From: Thermoanaerobaculia bacterium
GTDB lineage: Bacteria > Acidobacteriota > Thermoanaerobaculia > UBA5066
Direction: 5' to 3'
DNA length: 64,000 nt
Assembly (NCBI GenBank): GCA_963816185.1
Contig: CAWFJJ010000024.1
Location: 480,001-544,000, forward strand
The notes under the pieces are model-generated. The model did no database searches, had not been told where the DNA came from, and worked only from the letters and a program-made list of their open reading frames with translations. Made by a program: the position numbers and the translations under genes. Positions 8,960 to 19,335 of this stretch are shown one piece after another (position 1 is the stretch's first letter; the number at the start of each line of letters is the position of its first letter).

Positions 8960-10369
8960 ATGAACGGAAAGCCCGAGGACGCGGCGAAACGCGACGTCGC
9001 GGCCCTGGCCGCCGAGCTTGCGGAGCAGATTGGGTCGCTCTCGGCTTTTTCCGGCTCGGGGCTCGCGCCCGTGAACGCCCCGTCGGTCCGTCCCGGCCCC
9101 ACGGGGGGCGCCCCTTCTTTTGCAGGGCCGCGGGACATGCTGGAGAACGCGGGACGCTTCGTCGCTCCCGTGCTGCCGGCCGGCGCCCCCCTGCGGCCGC
9201 TCAAGGCCGCGCTGCTGCGCGTCCTCAGGATCGTCACTCGGGACCAGACGACGTTCAACTCCGCCCTACTGGAGGCGCTGCGCGGCGCTCTTCTCGAGAT
9301 GGAGTCCGGCTTGCGCGCTCTTAGGGGGCCGTCGCAAGAGCGCGTTCAACGCGCCGAGGAGGCGGCCGCGCGCTTCAACGGAGCCGTCGCCGAAGTTTCC
9401 TCTCTCGCGGCCCGTCTCGACCGCGAGAGCAAGGCCCGCGAGGGCGCGGGCCGGGATCTCGTTGCGAGCCAGCGCCGGCTGGACGCGCTCGAAAGAGATC
9501 GGGACGAACGCGCGGAAAGGCTCGCGCGGGAAAAGGAAAGGTCGGCGGAGGAAACCCGGGGGATTCTTCTAAAGGTCGAAGACGCGAGCGAAGGCCTCCG
9601 GATGCTGCGCCTTGACTGGTCCTCCCTGCGAAGCATTTTGCAGAACGTTTCCGAAGCCCGGCCGTCACCCGTCGCGCCCGGACAGGCCCCTGGTTCCACG
9701 GTGCGCGCCGATGACCCTCTGCGCGCGGGTCTCTACGCCGACTTCGAGGAACGCTTCCGAGGCAGCGAGGAGGACATCCGAGCCCGGCAGGCGAGCGACG
9801 CCGCGCGCTTCCGCGGGGCGCCCGGGCCCGTCGCGGATCTCGGATGCGGGCGCGGCGAGTTCCTCGAGGCGCTGGCCGCCGAGGGGGTCGCCGCGATCGG
9901 CTGTGACGCGAATCCCGTCATGGCCGCCCGCGCGAGGGACAAGAAGCTCGCGGTCGATCAGGCCGATCTCTTCGCATGGCTCGCGGCCCTGGCAGACGGT
10001 TCGCTGGGGGGCGTGACCGCCTTTCAGGTCGTCGAGCACCTTACACCTGCGTCCCTTTTCGATCTCGTCGAGCTCGCAATCCGGAAGCTCGCACCCTCGG
10101 GCCGCGTGCTCTTCGAGACGATCAACCCCGAATCCGTCTATGCGATGCGCTGGTTCTGGATGGACCTCACGCACGTGCGGCCGGTGCCGGCGCCTTCGCT
10201 CGCGCAACTCTTGACGGCTTCCGGGTTTCGGGATGTGACCGTGGACTTTCGCTCTCCCGTGCCCGAGTCCGAGGGCCTGCCCCGAGGTCTCGCCGACGAC
10301 CCGCGCTTCGCGCCGCTCGCACGCCTTCTTTTCGCCCCGCAGGATTACGCCGTCACGGGCGTGAAGTAG
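8960..10369 (+). CDS. Coiled-coil plus class I SAM methyltransferase (glycan chain-end type)
   Basis: Long heptad region, then YADFEERFRGS, DLGCGRGE, FQVVEHL, ETINP, DLTHVRP and QDYA. Confidence 0.85.
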   Translation: MNGKPEDAAKRDVAALAAELAEQIGSLSAFSGSGLAPVNAPSVRPGPTGGAPSFAGPRDMLENAGRFVAPVLPAGAPLRPLKAALLRVLRIVTRDQTTFNSALLEALRGALLEMESGLRALRGPSQERVQRAEEAAARFNGAVAEVSSLAARLDRESKAREGAGRDLVASQRRLDALERDRDERAERLAREKERSAEETRGILLKVEDASEGLRMLRLDWSSLRSILQNVSEARPSPVAPGQAPGSTVRADDPLRAGLYADFEERFRGSEEDIRARQASDAARFRGAPGPVADLGCGRGEFLEALAAEGVAAIGCDANPVMAARARDKKLAVDQADLFAWLAALADGSLGGVTAFQVVEHLTPASLFDLVELAIRKLAPSGRVLFETINPESVYAMRWFWMDLTHVRPVPAPSLAQLLTASGFRDVTVDFRSPVPESEGLPRGLADDPRFAPLARLLFAPQDYAVTGVK

Positions 10370-10376
10370 AGAAGAA

Positions 10377-11414
10377 ATGGCGCGCGTCCTCGTCTGCACC
10401 GCGCAGGTGCCGTTCTCGTCCGGCGGCGCCGAGCGCCACGCGGAAGGCCTCGTGCGCGAGCTCGCGGCCTTCGGGCACGAGGCGGAGCTCGTGCGGATTC
10501 CCTTCAAGTGGTATCCGCGCGCGGAGATCCTCACGTCCGCGCTCGCGTGGCGGGTGCTCGACCTGTCGGAGTCGGACGGAAAACGCGTCGATCTCGTGAT
10601 CCCGATGAAGTTCCCGTCGTACCTCGTGAGGCACGAGAACAAGGTCGTCTGGCTGATCCACCAGTTTCGCCAGGCGTACGACCGCTTCGGGACTTCCCAG
10701 AGCGACTTCACCGCCTCGCCCGAAGACACGCGCTGGCGCGAGCTGATCGCCGAGGCGGACCGCACGGGGCTCGGGGAGGCGCGGAAGATCTTCGCGAATG
10801 CGAAAAACACCGCCGACCGTCTCGTGCGGTTCAACGGAATCGAGGCCGAGGCCCTCTACCATCCGCCGCCGCTCGCGGGCCGGTACCGATGCGAGGCCTC
10901 GCGGGGTTTCGCGCTCGTGGCCGGCCGGCTCGACGCCTGGAAGCGCGTCGACCTCGCGATCGGGGCGGCGGCGGCGGGGAAATTCCGCCTCGTGATCGCA
11001 GGCGACGGCGCCGATCGTGCGAGATTGGAAGGTCTTGCCGCCAAGGGTGGCGCCGAAGTGCGCTTCGCGGGGCGGGTGTCCGACGAGGAGCTCCTCGACC
11101 TTTACGCGACTTGTGGCACCGTGGTCTTTCCGCCCGTCGATGAAGACTACGGCTACATCGTGCTCGAGTCTTTCCTGTCGAAGAAGCCCGTCGTGACCTG
11201 CACGGATTCGGGCGGTCCGCTCGAGTTCGTCGTCGACGGAGAGAACGGGCGCGTCGTCGCGCCGGACGGGACGGCGCTCGGAGCCGCTGTCGCGGATCTT
11301 CTCGCGCAGCCGGAGAAGGCCCAGAAATTCGGAGAAAGAGGCTTTGAAAAGGTAAGAGACATCCGCTGGGAAGATGCCGTCCGGGCGCTGCTCGAGGCTG
11401 GCGGAATTCGGTAG
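10377..11414 (+). CDS. Glycosyltransferase family 4
   Basis: GGAE N-terminus, GRLDAWKRVD, EDYGYIVLES. Confidence 0.9.
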   Translation: MARVLVCTAQVPFSSGGAERHAEGLVRELAAFGHEAELVRIPFKWYPRAEILTSALAWRVLDLSESDGKRVDLVIPMKFPSYLVRHENKVVWLIHQFRQAYDRFGTSQSDFTASPEDTRWRELIAEADRTGLGEARKIFANAKNTADRLVRFNGIEAEALYHPPPLAGRYRCEASRGFALVAGRLDAWKRVDLAIGAAAAGKFRLVIAGDGADRARLEGLAAKGGAEVRFAGRVSDEELLDLYATCGTVVFPPVDEDYGYIVLESFLSKKPVVTCTDSGGPLEFVVDGENGRVVAPDGTALGAAVADLLAQPEKAQKFGERGFEKVRDIRWEDAVRALLEAGGIR

Positions 11415-11447
11415 AGAAGAACAAAGAGAGACGAAGAGAAGATTTCT

Positions 11448-12843
11448 ATGAAAGGGGAAGAGCGGGAGCGCGAATCGCCGGGCGGCCGCAACGCGACTCC
11501 GCAGCGCTCGGCGCTCTCCGTCGGGTTCATCGGTCCCCTCCCGCCCACACGCTCCGGCATCGCCGACTACGACGCCGAAATCCTCTCTTCCCTTTCTAAG
11601 AATTCTTCTCTTTCGGTCTCTTCGTATGAACCGGCCGACGCAGCCGCCGCGCTGAAGGCGAAGCACCACGTCCTTCTCTTCGAGATCGGCAACGACCCGA
11701 TGCACGCGCCGTCGGTCGAGGCGCTCTTCGATCCCGGGCGCCGGACTCCCGCCGTGGTCGTTCTGCACGAGTTCGTTCTCCACCACCTTTTCGCAGCGGC
11801 TTATCTGACGCGCTCCCGGCCGGAGGACTACGCGCGCGAGCTCGAGCGGGCTCACGGCGCACGGGGAAGAGCCTTTGCTGCGACGCGGCAAAACGGCTCC
11901 TTCGTCCCCGTCTGGGACCTCGACCCGTGGCTCTACCCGATGTCCGCCGGGGTGATTCGCGCCGCCGAGGCGGTGGTCTCGCACTCGGCGCTCGTGACCG
12001 GTGCGGTGCTCGCCGAGTGCCCGGGCACCCGCGCCCTCACGATCCCTCAGCACGTCGCGCCCGCCCCAAGGACGCCGCTCCTCGAAGCACGCGAAGCGCT
12101 CGGTTTTCCGCAGGGACCGGCCGGCGGGCATCACGCTCGGCATCGTGTCGCCCGCAAAACGCATCGGAAAGATCCTCGAGGCCCTCGCAACGCTCCCGCC
12201 CGACCGCCGGCCGTTCTTCTTCATCGGAGGATCGGTGGCCGAAGACGACGTCCTCCGTTCCATGGTGCGGGAGAGCGGCCTCGATGGGGACGTGAAGTTC
12301 GGCGGCTATCTCTCGGAGGAGGACCTCTGGCGGGCGGCCTCGGCATCGACGTTCGCCGTGAACCTCCGCCACCCCACGATGGGGGAGACGTCTCACGCCG
12401 TGTGCCGTCTCGCGGGCTTCGGCCTGCCGCTCGTCGTCTCCGACACAGGCTGGTTTCGCGAGCTCCCCGACTCGTTCGCCGACAAGATCCCGATCGGGGG
12501 AGACGAGGTCGCGGATCTCGCACGGGTCATGGAGCGCCTCGCGTTCGAGCCCGACCTCGCCCGCGAGCGGGGCCGCGCGGCATCCGAGTGGGGAGTGCCT
12601 CGGCGGCCCGAGCGCATCGCGGAAGCCTACCGGGTAGTGCTCGAAGAGGCGGCCATGGGTTGGTCGCGGCCTCGCGGCATGTCGGGGCGCGTGGCCGAAG
12701 CGCTCGCGCGCCTGGGTGTTGGACAGAGGGGAATGCACGGCGCCACGAGCCGCATGCCCGACGGGATCCTCTTGGCGGAGGTCGCGTCGCGTGCGACGGG
12801 TATCCTGCCGAGGGTGATGGAGAGAGAAAGGGATTTTGCCTAG
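11448..12843 (+). CDS. Glycosyltransferase family 4, one frameshift near 12111
   Basis: PLPPTRSGIADY and VVVLHE in frame 1; KRIGKIL...VNLRHPTMGETS in frame 2; joined by removing one base at ttt ccg [c] agg. Confidence 0.8.
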
Positions 12844-12891
12844 GAAGAGGAGAGAATTTCTTAGAAGGGAACAGGGCCTGCGGCGCGCTCG

Positions 12892-13875
12892 TCACATTGG
12901 AAACCGGCTGCGCAAATCGATCCGCAGCAGGACATCCGGAGCCACCGCGAGGGCGGCCTCGATTTCCTTTCTAAGAAATCCTAAATTGATCCCTCCCTCG
13001 TCATCCCCGAATTGATCGAGCTTTGCTTTCGCGAGCGCCAAGAGGCGCTTCGCCGGCTCGGCATTGCCGCGCTCGATGTGTACGCATGCCGCCGCGAGCT
13101 GGATGAGAGCCTGCAGAAAGACCTTGTCTTCGCCTTTGCTTTCCTTCCAGAGCAGCTCCCACTCTTCGTGGGCCTCGAAGAAGCGCCCGGCCCGGAAATC
13201 CGTGACTCCTTTCCCGAAGTCCGGCGACGCGGCGCCTCCGAACCGCGCGGGGGTCTCGGGGACGACGGAGATCGGCGCGAGGAAACCGCGCGCGAGGAGC
13301 TCCGTCGCCAGGAGGTCGGGGTCCGTCACGACGAAGCCGTCGATGCCGAGCTTCCGCGCGGCGTCGATGAGGTCCGCGCGGTCGTCGGCGTAGAGAGCAT
13401 CCTCTCGCCGCGCTCCGGATAGTGCGAGAGCCGCGTCGTAGTGCGCGGGATCGGGCTTGGCGACGCCGACCTCGAAAGACAGCGCCCTGAGAGGGACGAG
13501 ACGCGGCAGCTCCGGCGCGACGCGGAGGACGCCTTCCCAGTGGAGAGCGTTCGTGTTGGAGACGAGCACGGGCACGACGTCGGGCTCGAGGCGGCTCAGC
13601 GCGGCGAGAGCCGTAGGGACCGCGATGAAGATGTCGCGCCAGGCCGGGATCCAGACGTCGTCGTCGAGCCGGGGTATCCCGGCGGCGCGCTCGGCGGCGC
13701 GAAAGAAAGCGCGCGCCGTGATTCGTCCGAGACCGAATTCGTGCTCGAGCGCGCCGAAGAGGTGCGGGCGAAGGGTCTCGAAAGGCAGGCCGGCGGCCGC
13801 CTCGATCCGCCGGAGCGTCAGGTCGTGATCGAACCGGATGAGAACGTTGCCGAGGTCGACGAGGAGGGCTCGCAG
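12892..13875 (-). CDS. HAD-family hydrolase fused to a C-terminal DUF309 domain
   Basis: Frame open back to 13887 giving LLVDLGNVL; also SNTN, KPDP, ADD, then FFEAHEEWE...QALIQLAAACVH. Start uncertain (CTG). Confidence 0.75.
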   Translation of the reverse strand: MRALLVDLGNVLIRFDHDLTLRRIEAAAGLPFETLRPHLFGALEHEFGLGRITARAFFRAAERAAGIPRLDDDVWIPAWRDIFIAVPTALAALSRLEPDVVPVLVSNTNALHWEGVLRVAPELPRLVPLRALSFEVGVAKPDPAHYDAALALSGARREDALYADDRADLIDAARKLGIDGFVVTDPDLLATELLARGFLAPISVVPETPARFGGAASPDFGKGVTDFRAGRFFEAHEEWELLWKESKGEDKVFLQALIQLAAACVHIERGNAEPAKRLLALAKAKLDQFGDDEGGINLGFLRKEIEAALAVAPDVLLRIDLRSRFPM

Positions 13876-13887
13876 ACGGGCGCCCTT

Positions 13888-14707
13888 TCAGGGAAGGGCG
13901 GGCTGCCCGGTCAGGAGATAGGGATCCCCCGTGCGCAGATCGGTGACGGTCGCGTAACAGAGAGCGCGAGCGCCGTTCGAGAGATTGACGAAGACGGTGA
14001 GACGCCACGGGCCGCCCTCGGGGAGGAGAAGCCGAGGCGAAGTCGACATGGAAGATGTCATTGAGCTGGTGGAGCGAGAATGGGGGGACGGTCACGAGAA
14101 CGGTCTTGTATGGATTGCCATCCCAGTCCACGAGCTGGACGCCGGCCTCGAGGGGAACTCCGGTCGGGTTGATGACAACGGCGTTCGTCCGGTGGCTCGG
14201 GTCATTCGGGATTCCCGTGAGGTACAGGTCGCCGAGAATCGAGTTGTCGAATCCGACGGAATTGCGCAGCGGCTGGCCGGGGGAGAACTGACCGTACGTT
14301 CCGGGCACGGCGCCAGCGACGTTATATGTGTTGCTCGTGACCTGGACCGGCGTCGTCGATGAGCTCTTGATCTGAAGGAGGCCGTAGCTCGACCCGAACC
14401 CGAACGTCGACTGAACGATGTCCGGGAGCGTCACCGAGGCACGCGGTCCGAGATCGCCCGGGATGCGGTACGCGAGGCTCGCCGTCCCGTCGCGGTCGGC
14501 CTCCGTGTAGTACAGCGCGACGACTGCGGCGGAGAGAGGATCCGGATTGAAGATCGTGACGTCGGTTCGAAAGACGCCCGAGGCCCCGTTGATGTGCACG
14601 GCCGGAAGGAACGAGTCCGTCGATGAGATCGTGTCCGGCAGGGCAAGCCTTCCCGGGAGTACCAGGGCCGCGAGAAGGGCCGCCGCGGAAAGAGATGAAT
14701 TCTTCAT
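13888..14707 (-). CDS. Secreted hypothetical protein, frameshift near 14020
   Basis: Signal peptide, NGASGVFRTDVTIFNP, GTYGQF; continues to ...TGDPYLLTGQPALP* after removing one C from a C-run. Confidence 0.65.
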
Positions 14708-14747
14708 CGGTTTCTCCGTCGCCAGATTCTCACAGGGAAGGAGCTCG

Positions 14748-14785
14748 AAAACGAAAACGCCCCGGCGTCGCCGGGGCGTCTCGTT
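14748..14785 (-). terminator. Rho-independent terminator of the lipoprotein gene
   Basis: ACGCCCCGGCG/CGCCGGGGCGT stem followed by a T-run on the minus strand. Confidence 0.75.
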
Positions 14786-14803
14786 GTTCCAGGAGCTCGC
14801 CGC

Positions 14804-15037
14804 TTACTTGGTTGCGGGCGCGGAGCTCGTCGTGGTCGTGGACGTCGTTGTGGTCGTGGAGGGCATGGTCGTCGTGCCGGTGCCGGGGGCTGTGGACGTC
14901 GTGGTGGTCTTGGAGGTCTCTTCGACGACCTTGGGCGCCTCCACCTTGACTTCGGGCTTCTTTTCCTCAGGCTTGTTGCAGGCCACGAGGGACGCTGCGA
15001 CGGCGACGAGGGCGAGGGCGGATGTGAACTTCTTCAT
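14804..15037 (-). CDS. Small lipoprotein with a Thr-rich tail
   Basis: MKK + hydrophobic stretch + LVAC lipobox; AAGGAG RBS. Confidence 0.8.
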   Translation of the reverse strand: MKKFTSALALVAVAASLVACNKPEEKKPEVKVEAPKVVEETSKTTTTSTAPGTGTTTMPSTTTTTSTTTTSSAPATK

Positions 15038-15175
15038 TTCGGGGTACTCCTTGCTGTGTGATCGATCAGGTCGTTAGTGGGCCTGTCTGAGAGGGAAAAT
15101 CCGGGACTCGAGGGACGTCTTCGGGAAACACAAACACCGTTATAGACGGTTCGTACCGCCTCGAGCTTCGCCAAG

Positions 15176-15203
15176 AGGATACGGGAATTCGGCCTTCTGT
15201 CAA
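15176..15203 (-). promoter_or_regulatory. Putative sigma70 promoter for the lipoprotein gene
   Basis: TTGACA-N16-TATCCT on the minus strand. Confidence 0.5.
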
Positions 15204-15269
15204 GCCCATGAATGAGTTGGCCTCGAACTGTAGGTCCGGCTGGCCCTGATAGACTCCGCAGCCCGGGCG

Positions 15270-16571
15270 ATGTTCGAATCCCTCTCAAATCGACTCCAGC
15301 GCGTCTTCAAGGAGCTTCGCGGCGAGGGTCACCTCACCGAGTTCCACGTGGATGAAGCCCTGAAGGAGATCCGGACGGCGCTCCTCGAAGCAGACGTCAA
15401 CCTTCAGGTTGTCAAGGACTTCACGGCCCGCGTCAGGGAGAAGGCCGTCGGCCAGGAGGTCCTGACTTCGTTTTCGCCGACGCAGCAGGTGATCAAGATC
15501 GTCCGGGACGAGCTCACGCGGGTCCTCGGGGGCGAGCAGGCGCCGCTCGCCCTGAAGAAACGCCCCTCGGTGATCCTGCTCGTGGGCCTCCAAGGCTCGG
15601 GGAAGACGACGACCGCCGCAAAACTCGCCCTCCACCTGAAGACGTCGTTTCGAAAACACGTGCTCCTCGTCCCTGCCGACGTGCACCGTCCGGCGGCGAC
15701 CGAGCAGCTCCGGACGCTCGCGAAGGACAACGCCCTGATGGCGTTCGACCCGAAGGGCGAGCCGGACGCCGTCGTTCGCGCGAAGACGGCGGTGAAGGAC
15801 GCGAAGCTCCTCGGATACGACGTGGCCATCCTGGACACCGCGGGACGGCTGCACATCGACGAGGTCCTGATGGACGAGGTGGCGCGAATCCGCGACGCTT
15901 CCGAGCCCGACGAGATCCTCTTCGTGGCCGACGCGATGACGGGCCAGGACGCCGTCCGCTCGGCGGAAGCGTTCGCCGCGAAGCTCCCTCTGACCGGCGT
16001 GATCCTCACGAAGACGGACGGCGACGCGCGGGGCGGCGCCGCGCTCTCGATCGCGACCGTCGTGGGCAAGCCGCTGAAGTTCGTGGGCACGGGCGAGAAG
16101 GTGACCGAGCTGGAGCTCTTCCATCCGGACCGCGCGGCCTCGCGCCTTCTGGGTCTCGGCGACGTCCTCACGCTCATCGAGAAGGTCTCGGCGGAGACCG
16201 ACGAGGCCGCCGCCCTCCGCGCCGCCGAGAAGCTGCGCAAGAATACCTTCACGCTCACCGACCTCCGCGAGCAGATGGCGCAGCTCAAGAAGATGGGTCC
16301 TCTGGGCGGGCTCCTCGGACACCTCCCGAAGGTCGGGCCGCTCAAGGGGCTCGCGAACCTCGAGATTCCGGAGGACGCGACGAAGAGTCTGGAGGCCATG
16401 ATCGACTCGATGACCCCCGCGGAGCGCGAGGACCCGAAGCTCCTCGACGGCAGCCGCAAGAAGCGCATCGCGAAGGGCTCCGGCACGTCGGTGCCGGAAG
16501 TGAACCAGCTGCTGAAGCAGTATCTGTCGATGAAGAAAATGATGAAGGGCGCCGCGCGCATGCGCGGCTGA
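15270..16571 (+). CDS. ffh: Signal recognition particle protein
   Basis: ALLEADV, GLQGSGKTTT, DTAGR, DGDARGGAALS, M domain SRKKRIAKGSG. Confidence 0.97.
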   Translation: MFESLSNRLQRVFKELRGEGHLTEFHVDEALKEIRTALLEADVNLQVVKDFTARVREKAVGQEVLTSFSPTQQVIKIVRDELTRVLGGEQAPLALKKRPSVILLVGLQGSGKTTTAAKLALHLKTSFRKHVLLVPADVHRPAATEQLRTLAKDNALMAFDPKGEPDAVVRAKTAVKDAKLLGYDVAILDTAGRLHIDEVLMDEVARIRDASEPDEILFVADAMTGQDAVRSAEAFAAKLPLTGVILTKTDGDARGGAALSIATVVGKPLKFVGTGEKVTELELFHPDRAASRLLGLGDVLTLIEKVSAETDEAAALRAAEKLRKNTFTLTDLREQMAQLKKMGPLGGLLGHLPKVGPLKGLANLEIPEDATKSLEAMIDSMTPAEREDPKLLDGSRKKRIAKGSGTSVPEVNQLLKQYLSMKKMMKGAARMRG

Positions 16572-16602
16572 CCTTCGTCCGTCGAAAACGGAAGGAAACG
16601 TC

Positions 16603-16836
16603 ATGCTCAAGATCCGCCTGCGCCGCGTCGGCGGCACGAACGCCCCGGCGTACCGCATCGTCGTCTCGGACACCCGCCGCACGCCCACGGCCAAGATCGT
16701 CGAGGAGCTCGGCCACTACGACCCGACCAAGAACCCGCCGCGTCTCGAGTTCGACCGCGACAAGGCGAAGGCCTGGATCGCGAAGGGTGCGAGCGCGTCG
16801 GAAACCGTGCGGAAGCTCATCGCGAAGCCGGTCTGA
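16603..16836 (+). CDS. rpsP: 30S ribosomal protein S16
   Basis: MLKIRLRR..YRIVV..GHYDP..GA..SETV; synteny. Confidence 0.96.
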   Translation: MLKIRLRRVGGTNAPAYRIVVSDTRRTPTAKIVEELGHYDPTKNPPRLEFDRDKAKAWIAKGASASETVRKLIAKPV

Positions 16837-16870
16837 GGCGCGCCCGACGGGCGCGCCCGGGAGCGATCGC

Positions 16871-17389
16871 ATGACCGCGCCGGAAGATCGCGTCGTCATT
16901 GGTCGAATCGTGAAGCCGCACGGCCTCAAGGGAGAGGTCGTCGTCGAGGTGTTGACGGATTTTCCGGAGAGATTCTCAGAAGGGTTGAGAGTCCGCCTCT
17001 CCGGCGGTGCTCACGAGGCGCGAGAGGTGCGCATCGCGGCGGTGCGCTCGCATCAAGGCCGCGTTCTCCTCACCTTCGAAGGAATTTCGGACGTTTCGAT
17101 GGCCGAGACGCTTCGGAACGCGGAGCTGAGCGTGAGCGCGCGGGACGTCGCTCCCCGACCCGAGGGCTACGTCTACCACTGGGAGATCGAGGGTGCGCTC
17201 GCCGTCGACGCGGCGGGTACCGTGCTCGGCCGCGTCACGGAGCTTGCCGACGCCGGGGGGCGCTCTCTTCTCGTCCTCGAGACGGCACGCGGCGCTCGTG
17301 AGGTGCCGTTTTCCAGCCCGATCGTGGTCTCGGTCGACGTCGCCGGGAAACGCATCGTCCTCGATCCGCCGCCGGGACTTCTGGACTAG
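16871..17389 (+). CDS. rimM: Ribosome maturation factor RimM
   Basis: GRIVKPHGLKGEV, TDFPERF, PPPGLLD. Confidence 0.93.
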   Translation: MTAPEDRVVIGRIVKPHGLKGEVVVEVLTDFPERFSEGLRVRLSGGAHEAREVRIAAVRSHQGRVLLTFEGISDVSMAETLRNAELSVSARDVAPRPEGYVYHWEIEGALAVDAAGTVLGRVTELADAGGRSLLVLETARGAREVPFSSPIVVSVDVAGKRIVLDPPPGLLD

Positions 17390-17398
17390 GCTCGGCGC

Positions 17399-18145
17399 GT
17401 GCGGTTCGACATCGTCACTCTCTTCCCCGGTTACTTCGCGTCTCCGCTCGGGGAGTCTCTCGTGGGGCGCGCTTTGGAAACGGGGATCCTGGACGTCCAT
17501 CTCGTCGATCTTCGCGATTTCTCGGACGACCCCCATCGCAAGGTGGACGACGAGCCTTACGGAGGCGGGCCGGGGATGGTCCTCACCGCCCCTCCTGTCT
17601 TCGCGGCGGTCGAGGCTCTCAGGGCCGAGGAGAGCGCGCCGCCGCACGTCGTCCTCCTGTCGCCCCAGGGCCGGCGCTTCGACACGAGGTCCGCCCGGGA
17701 GCTCGCCGCGCGGCCGCGCGTCGCCCTCGTCTGCGGCCGCTACGAAGGGATCGACGAGCGGACGCGCGTCGCCGGCCTTTTCGACGGGGAGATTTCTCTC
17801 GGAGACTTCGTCCTTTCCGGAGGTGAAGCCGCCGCGCTCACGATCCTCGAAGCCGTATCCCGCTATCTCCCCGGTGTGGTCCAGGACGCCGCGAGCGTAT
17901 CGGCGGACAGCTTCGAAGACGGGCTGCTCGACTATCCGCATTACAGCCGCCCGCGGTCGTTCCGAGGGCTCGACGTGCCGGAGGTGCTGCTCTCCGGCCA
18001 CCACGAGGAGATCCGGAGGTGGCGCCGCGTAGAGCAGCTTCGCGCTACCTTCGAAAGGCGCCCGGACCTCCTTTGCGAGGCTCGGCTCGACGACGAGGAA
18101 AGAGCACTCCTGGAGAGACTTGCGAGAGAGCGGCGCTCGCCTTAG
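17399..18145 (+). CDS. trmD: tRNA (guanine37-N1)-methyltransferase
   Basis: DDEPYGGGPGM, CGRYEGIDER, SLGDFVLSGGE. Confidence 0.97.
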   Translation: MRFDIVTLFPGYFASPLGESLVGRALETGILDVHLVDLRDFSDDPHRKVDDEPYGGGPGMVLTAPPVFAAVEALRAEESAPPHVVLLSPQGRRFDTRSARELAARPRVALVCGRYEGIDERTRVAGLFDGEISLGDFVLSGGEAAALTILEAVSRYLPGVVQDAASVSADSFEDGLLDYPHYSRPRSFRGLDVPEVLLSGHHEEIRRWRRVEQLRATFERRPDLLCEARLDDEERALLERLARERRSP

Positions 18146-18238
18146 AATCGCGTCTCACGGGTGAACGGTTTTCTTGGGGTGCCGGTCGAAGTGTCCCCGA
18201 GTGTTTCGTCCCGTCACCACGATTTTGGAGGTTCCGCG

Positions 18239-18589
18239 ATGACGGACAAACTACTGTTGGCCGAAAAGGCCGCCCTTCGCCCGGATGTTCCGCCTTTCTC
18301 TCCCGGCGACACCGTCAAGGTCCACGTGAAAGTCAAGGAGGGCGAGAAAGAGCGCGTCCAGGTGTTCCAGGGCCTCGTGATCGCCCGCAAGGGCGGCGGC
18401 GCGCGCGAGACGTTCACCGTGCGCAAGATCTCGCAGGGTGTCGGTGTGGAGCGCACCTTCCCGGTGCACTCGCCTGTGCTCGAGAAAATCGAGGTCGAGC
18501 GCCATGGCCAGGTGCGCCGTGCGAAGCTGTACTACCTTCGGGATCGCCGCGGCAAAGCCGCCCGCATCGCGGAGAAGCGCGACAACTGA
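18239..18589 (+). CDS. rplS: 50S ribosomal protein L19
   Basis: [38 protein letters not shown]; GGAGG RBS. Confidence 0.97.
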   Translation: MTDKLLLAEKAALRPDVPPFSPGDTVKVHVKVKEGEKERVQVFQGLVIARKGGGARETFTVRKISQGVGVERTFPVHSPVLEKIEVERHGQVRRAKLYYLRDRRGKAARIAEKRDN

Positions 18590-18641
18590 CCCCGGAATCG
18601 CCGTGCCGGTGCGAAGCTCCGGCCGAAGGAAGCGAGGCACG

Positions 18642-19328
18642 ATGGGATCTGGCGGGAGTCGGAACGCATGCGACCTCGCGAGGGAGCGGGAGCGAGTGAA
18701 AGGGCTCTTCGTCATCGAGGAGGAAGCGCGCGCCCGAGGCCATGTCCTGATCGCGGGCGTGGACGAAGTCGGCCGCGGGTGTCTCGCCGGGCCTGTGTAC
18801 GCAGGCGCCGTCGTGTTCGACCGCCGCCTGACGCTGCCCGGCCTCGACGATTCCAAGGCGCTTTTTCCGGAGGTCCGTGAGGCCCTCGCGCCCCGGATCC
18901 GCGCGGCCGCGGTGGGCGCTGCGGTCGGTGCCGCGACGGCCGCCGAGATCGACGCGATCGGCATCGTCGCCGCCACTCTTCTCGCGATGCGCCGCGCCCT
19001 CGAGCTCCTGCGCGGCGCCGCTCTCGTCCCCTCGCTCGTCCTCGTCGACGCGGTGCGGGTCCCGGGGCTCGAGGCCGAGCAGCAGGCCTATATCCGCGGC
19101 GACGCCCGCGTGGCGGTGATCGCAGCCGCCTCGATCGTCGCGAAAGTGGAGCGCGACGCCCGCATGGACGAGCTTGCGAAGCGTTTTCCGTTCTATGGTT
19201 TCGAATCACACCGGGGATACGCGACACCCGAGCACATCTCCGCGCTCCGCCGTCACGGCCCCTCGCCGGAGCACCGGTTGACGTTCGACCGCGTCGTGGT
19301 CCGCCGCGGCGCGTCGAGAGCGGCGTAA
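18642..19328 (+). CDS. rnhB: Ribonuclease HII
   Basis: GVDEVGRGCLAGPV, DDSK, AAASIVAKV, GYAT..H; start approximate. Confidence 0.94.
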   Translation: MGSGGSRNACDLARERERVKGLFVIEEEARARGHVLIAGVDEVGRGCLAGPVYAGAVVFDRRLTLPGLDDSKALFPEVREALAPRIRAAAVGAAVGAATAAEIDAIGIVAATLLAMRRALELLRGAALVPSLVLVDAVRVPGLEAEQQAYIRGDARVAVIAAASIVAKVERDARMDELAKRFPFYGFESHRGYATPEHISALRRHGPSPEHRLTFDRVVVRRGASRAA

Positions 19329-19335
19329 GGCGATC

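Noticed and set aside
13001-14707. 568-aa ORF as a single protein
   Set aside because: Only the first 230 or so residues are coding-like; the rest is off-frame read-through of the HAD-DUF309 gene caused by the frameshift near 14020
15038-15269. Possible SRP RNA or riboswitch upstream of ffh
   Set aside because: No recognisable SRP helix-8 motif or riboswitch consensus; explained as a divergent promoter region
16837-16870. No KH-domain gene between rpsP and rimM
   Set aside because: Absence is common across bacteria and not informative
18141-18147. CTTAGAA at the trmD stop as another motif copy
   Set aside because: Lacks the upstream TT and downstream purine run and has no partner; may be just the TAG stop, so it was not counted
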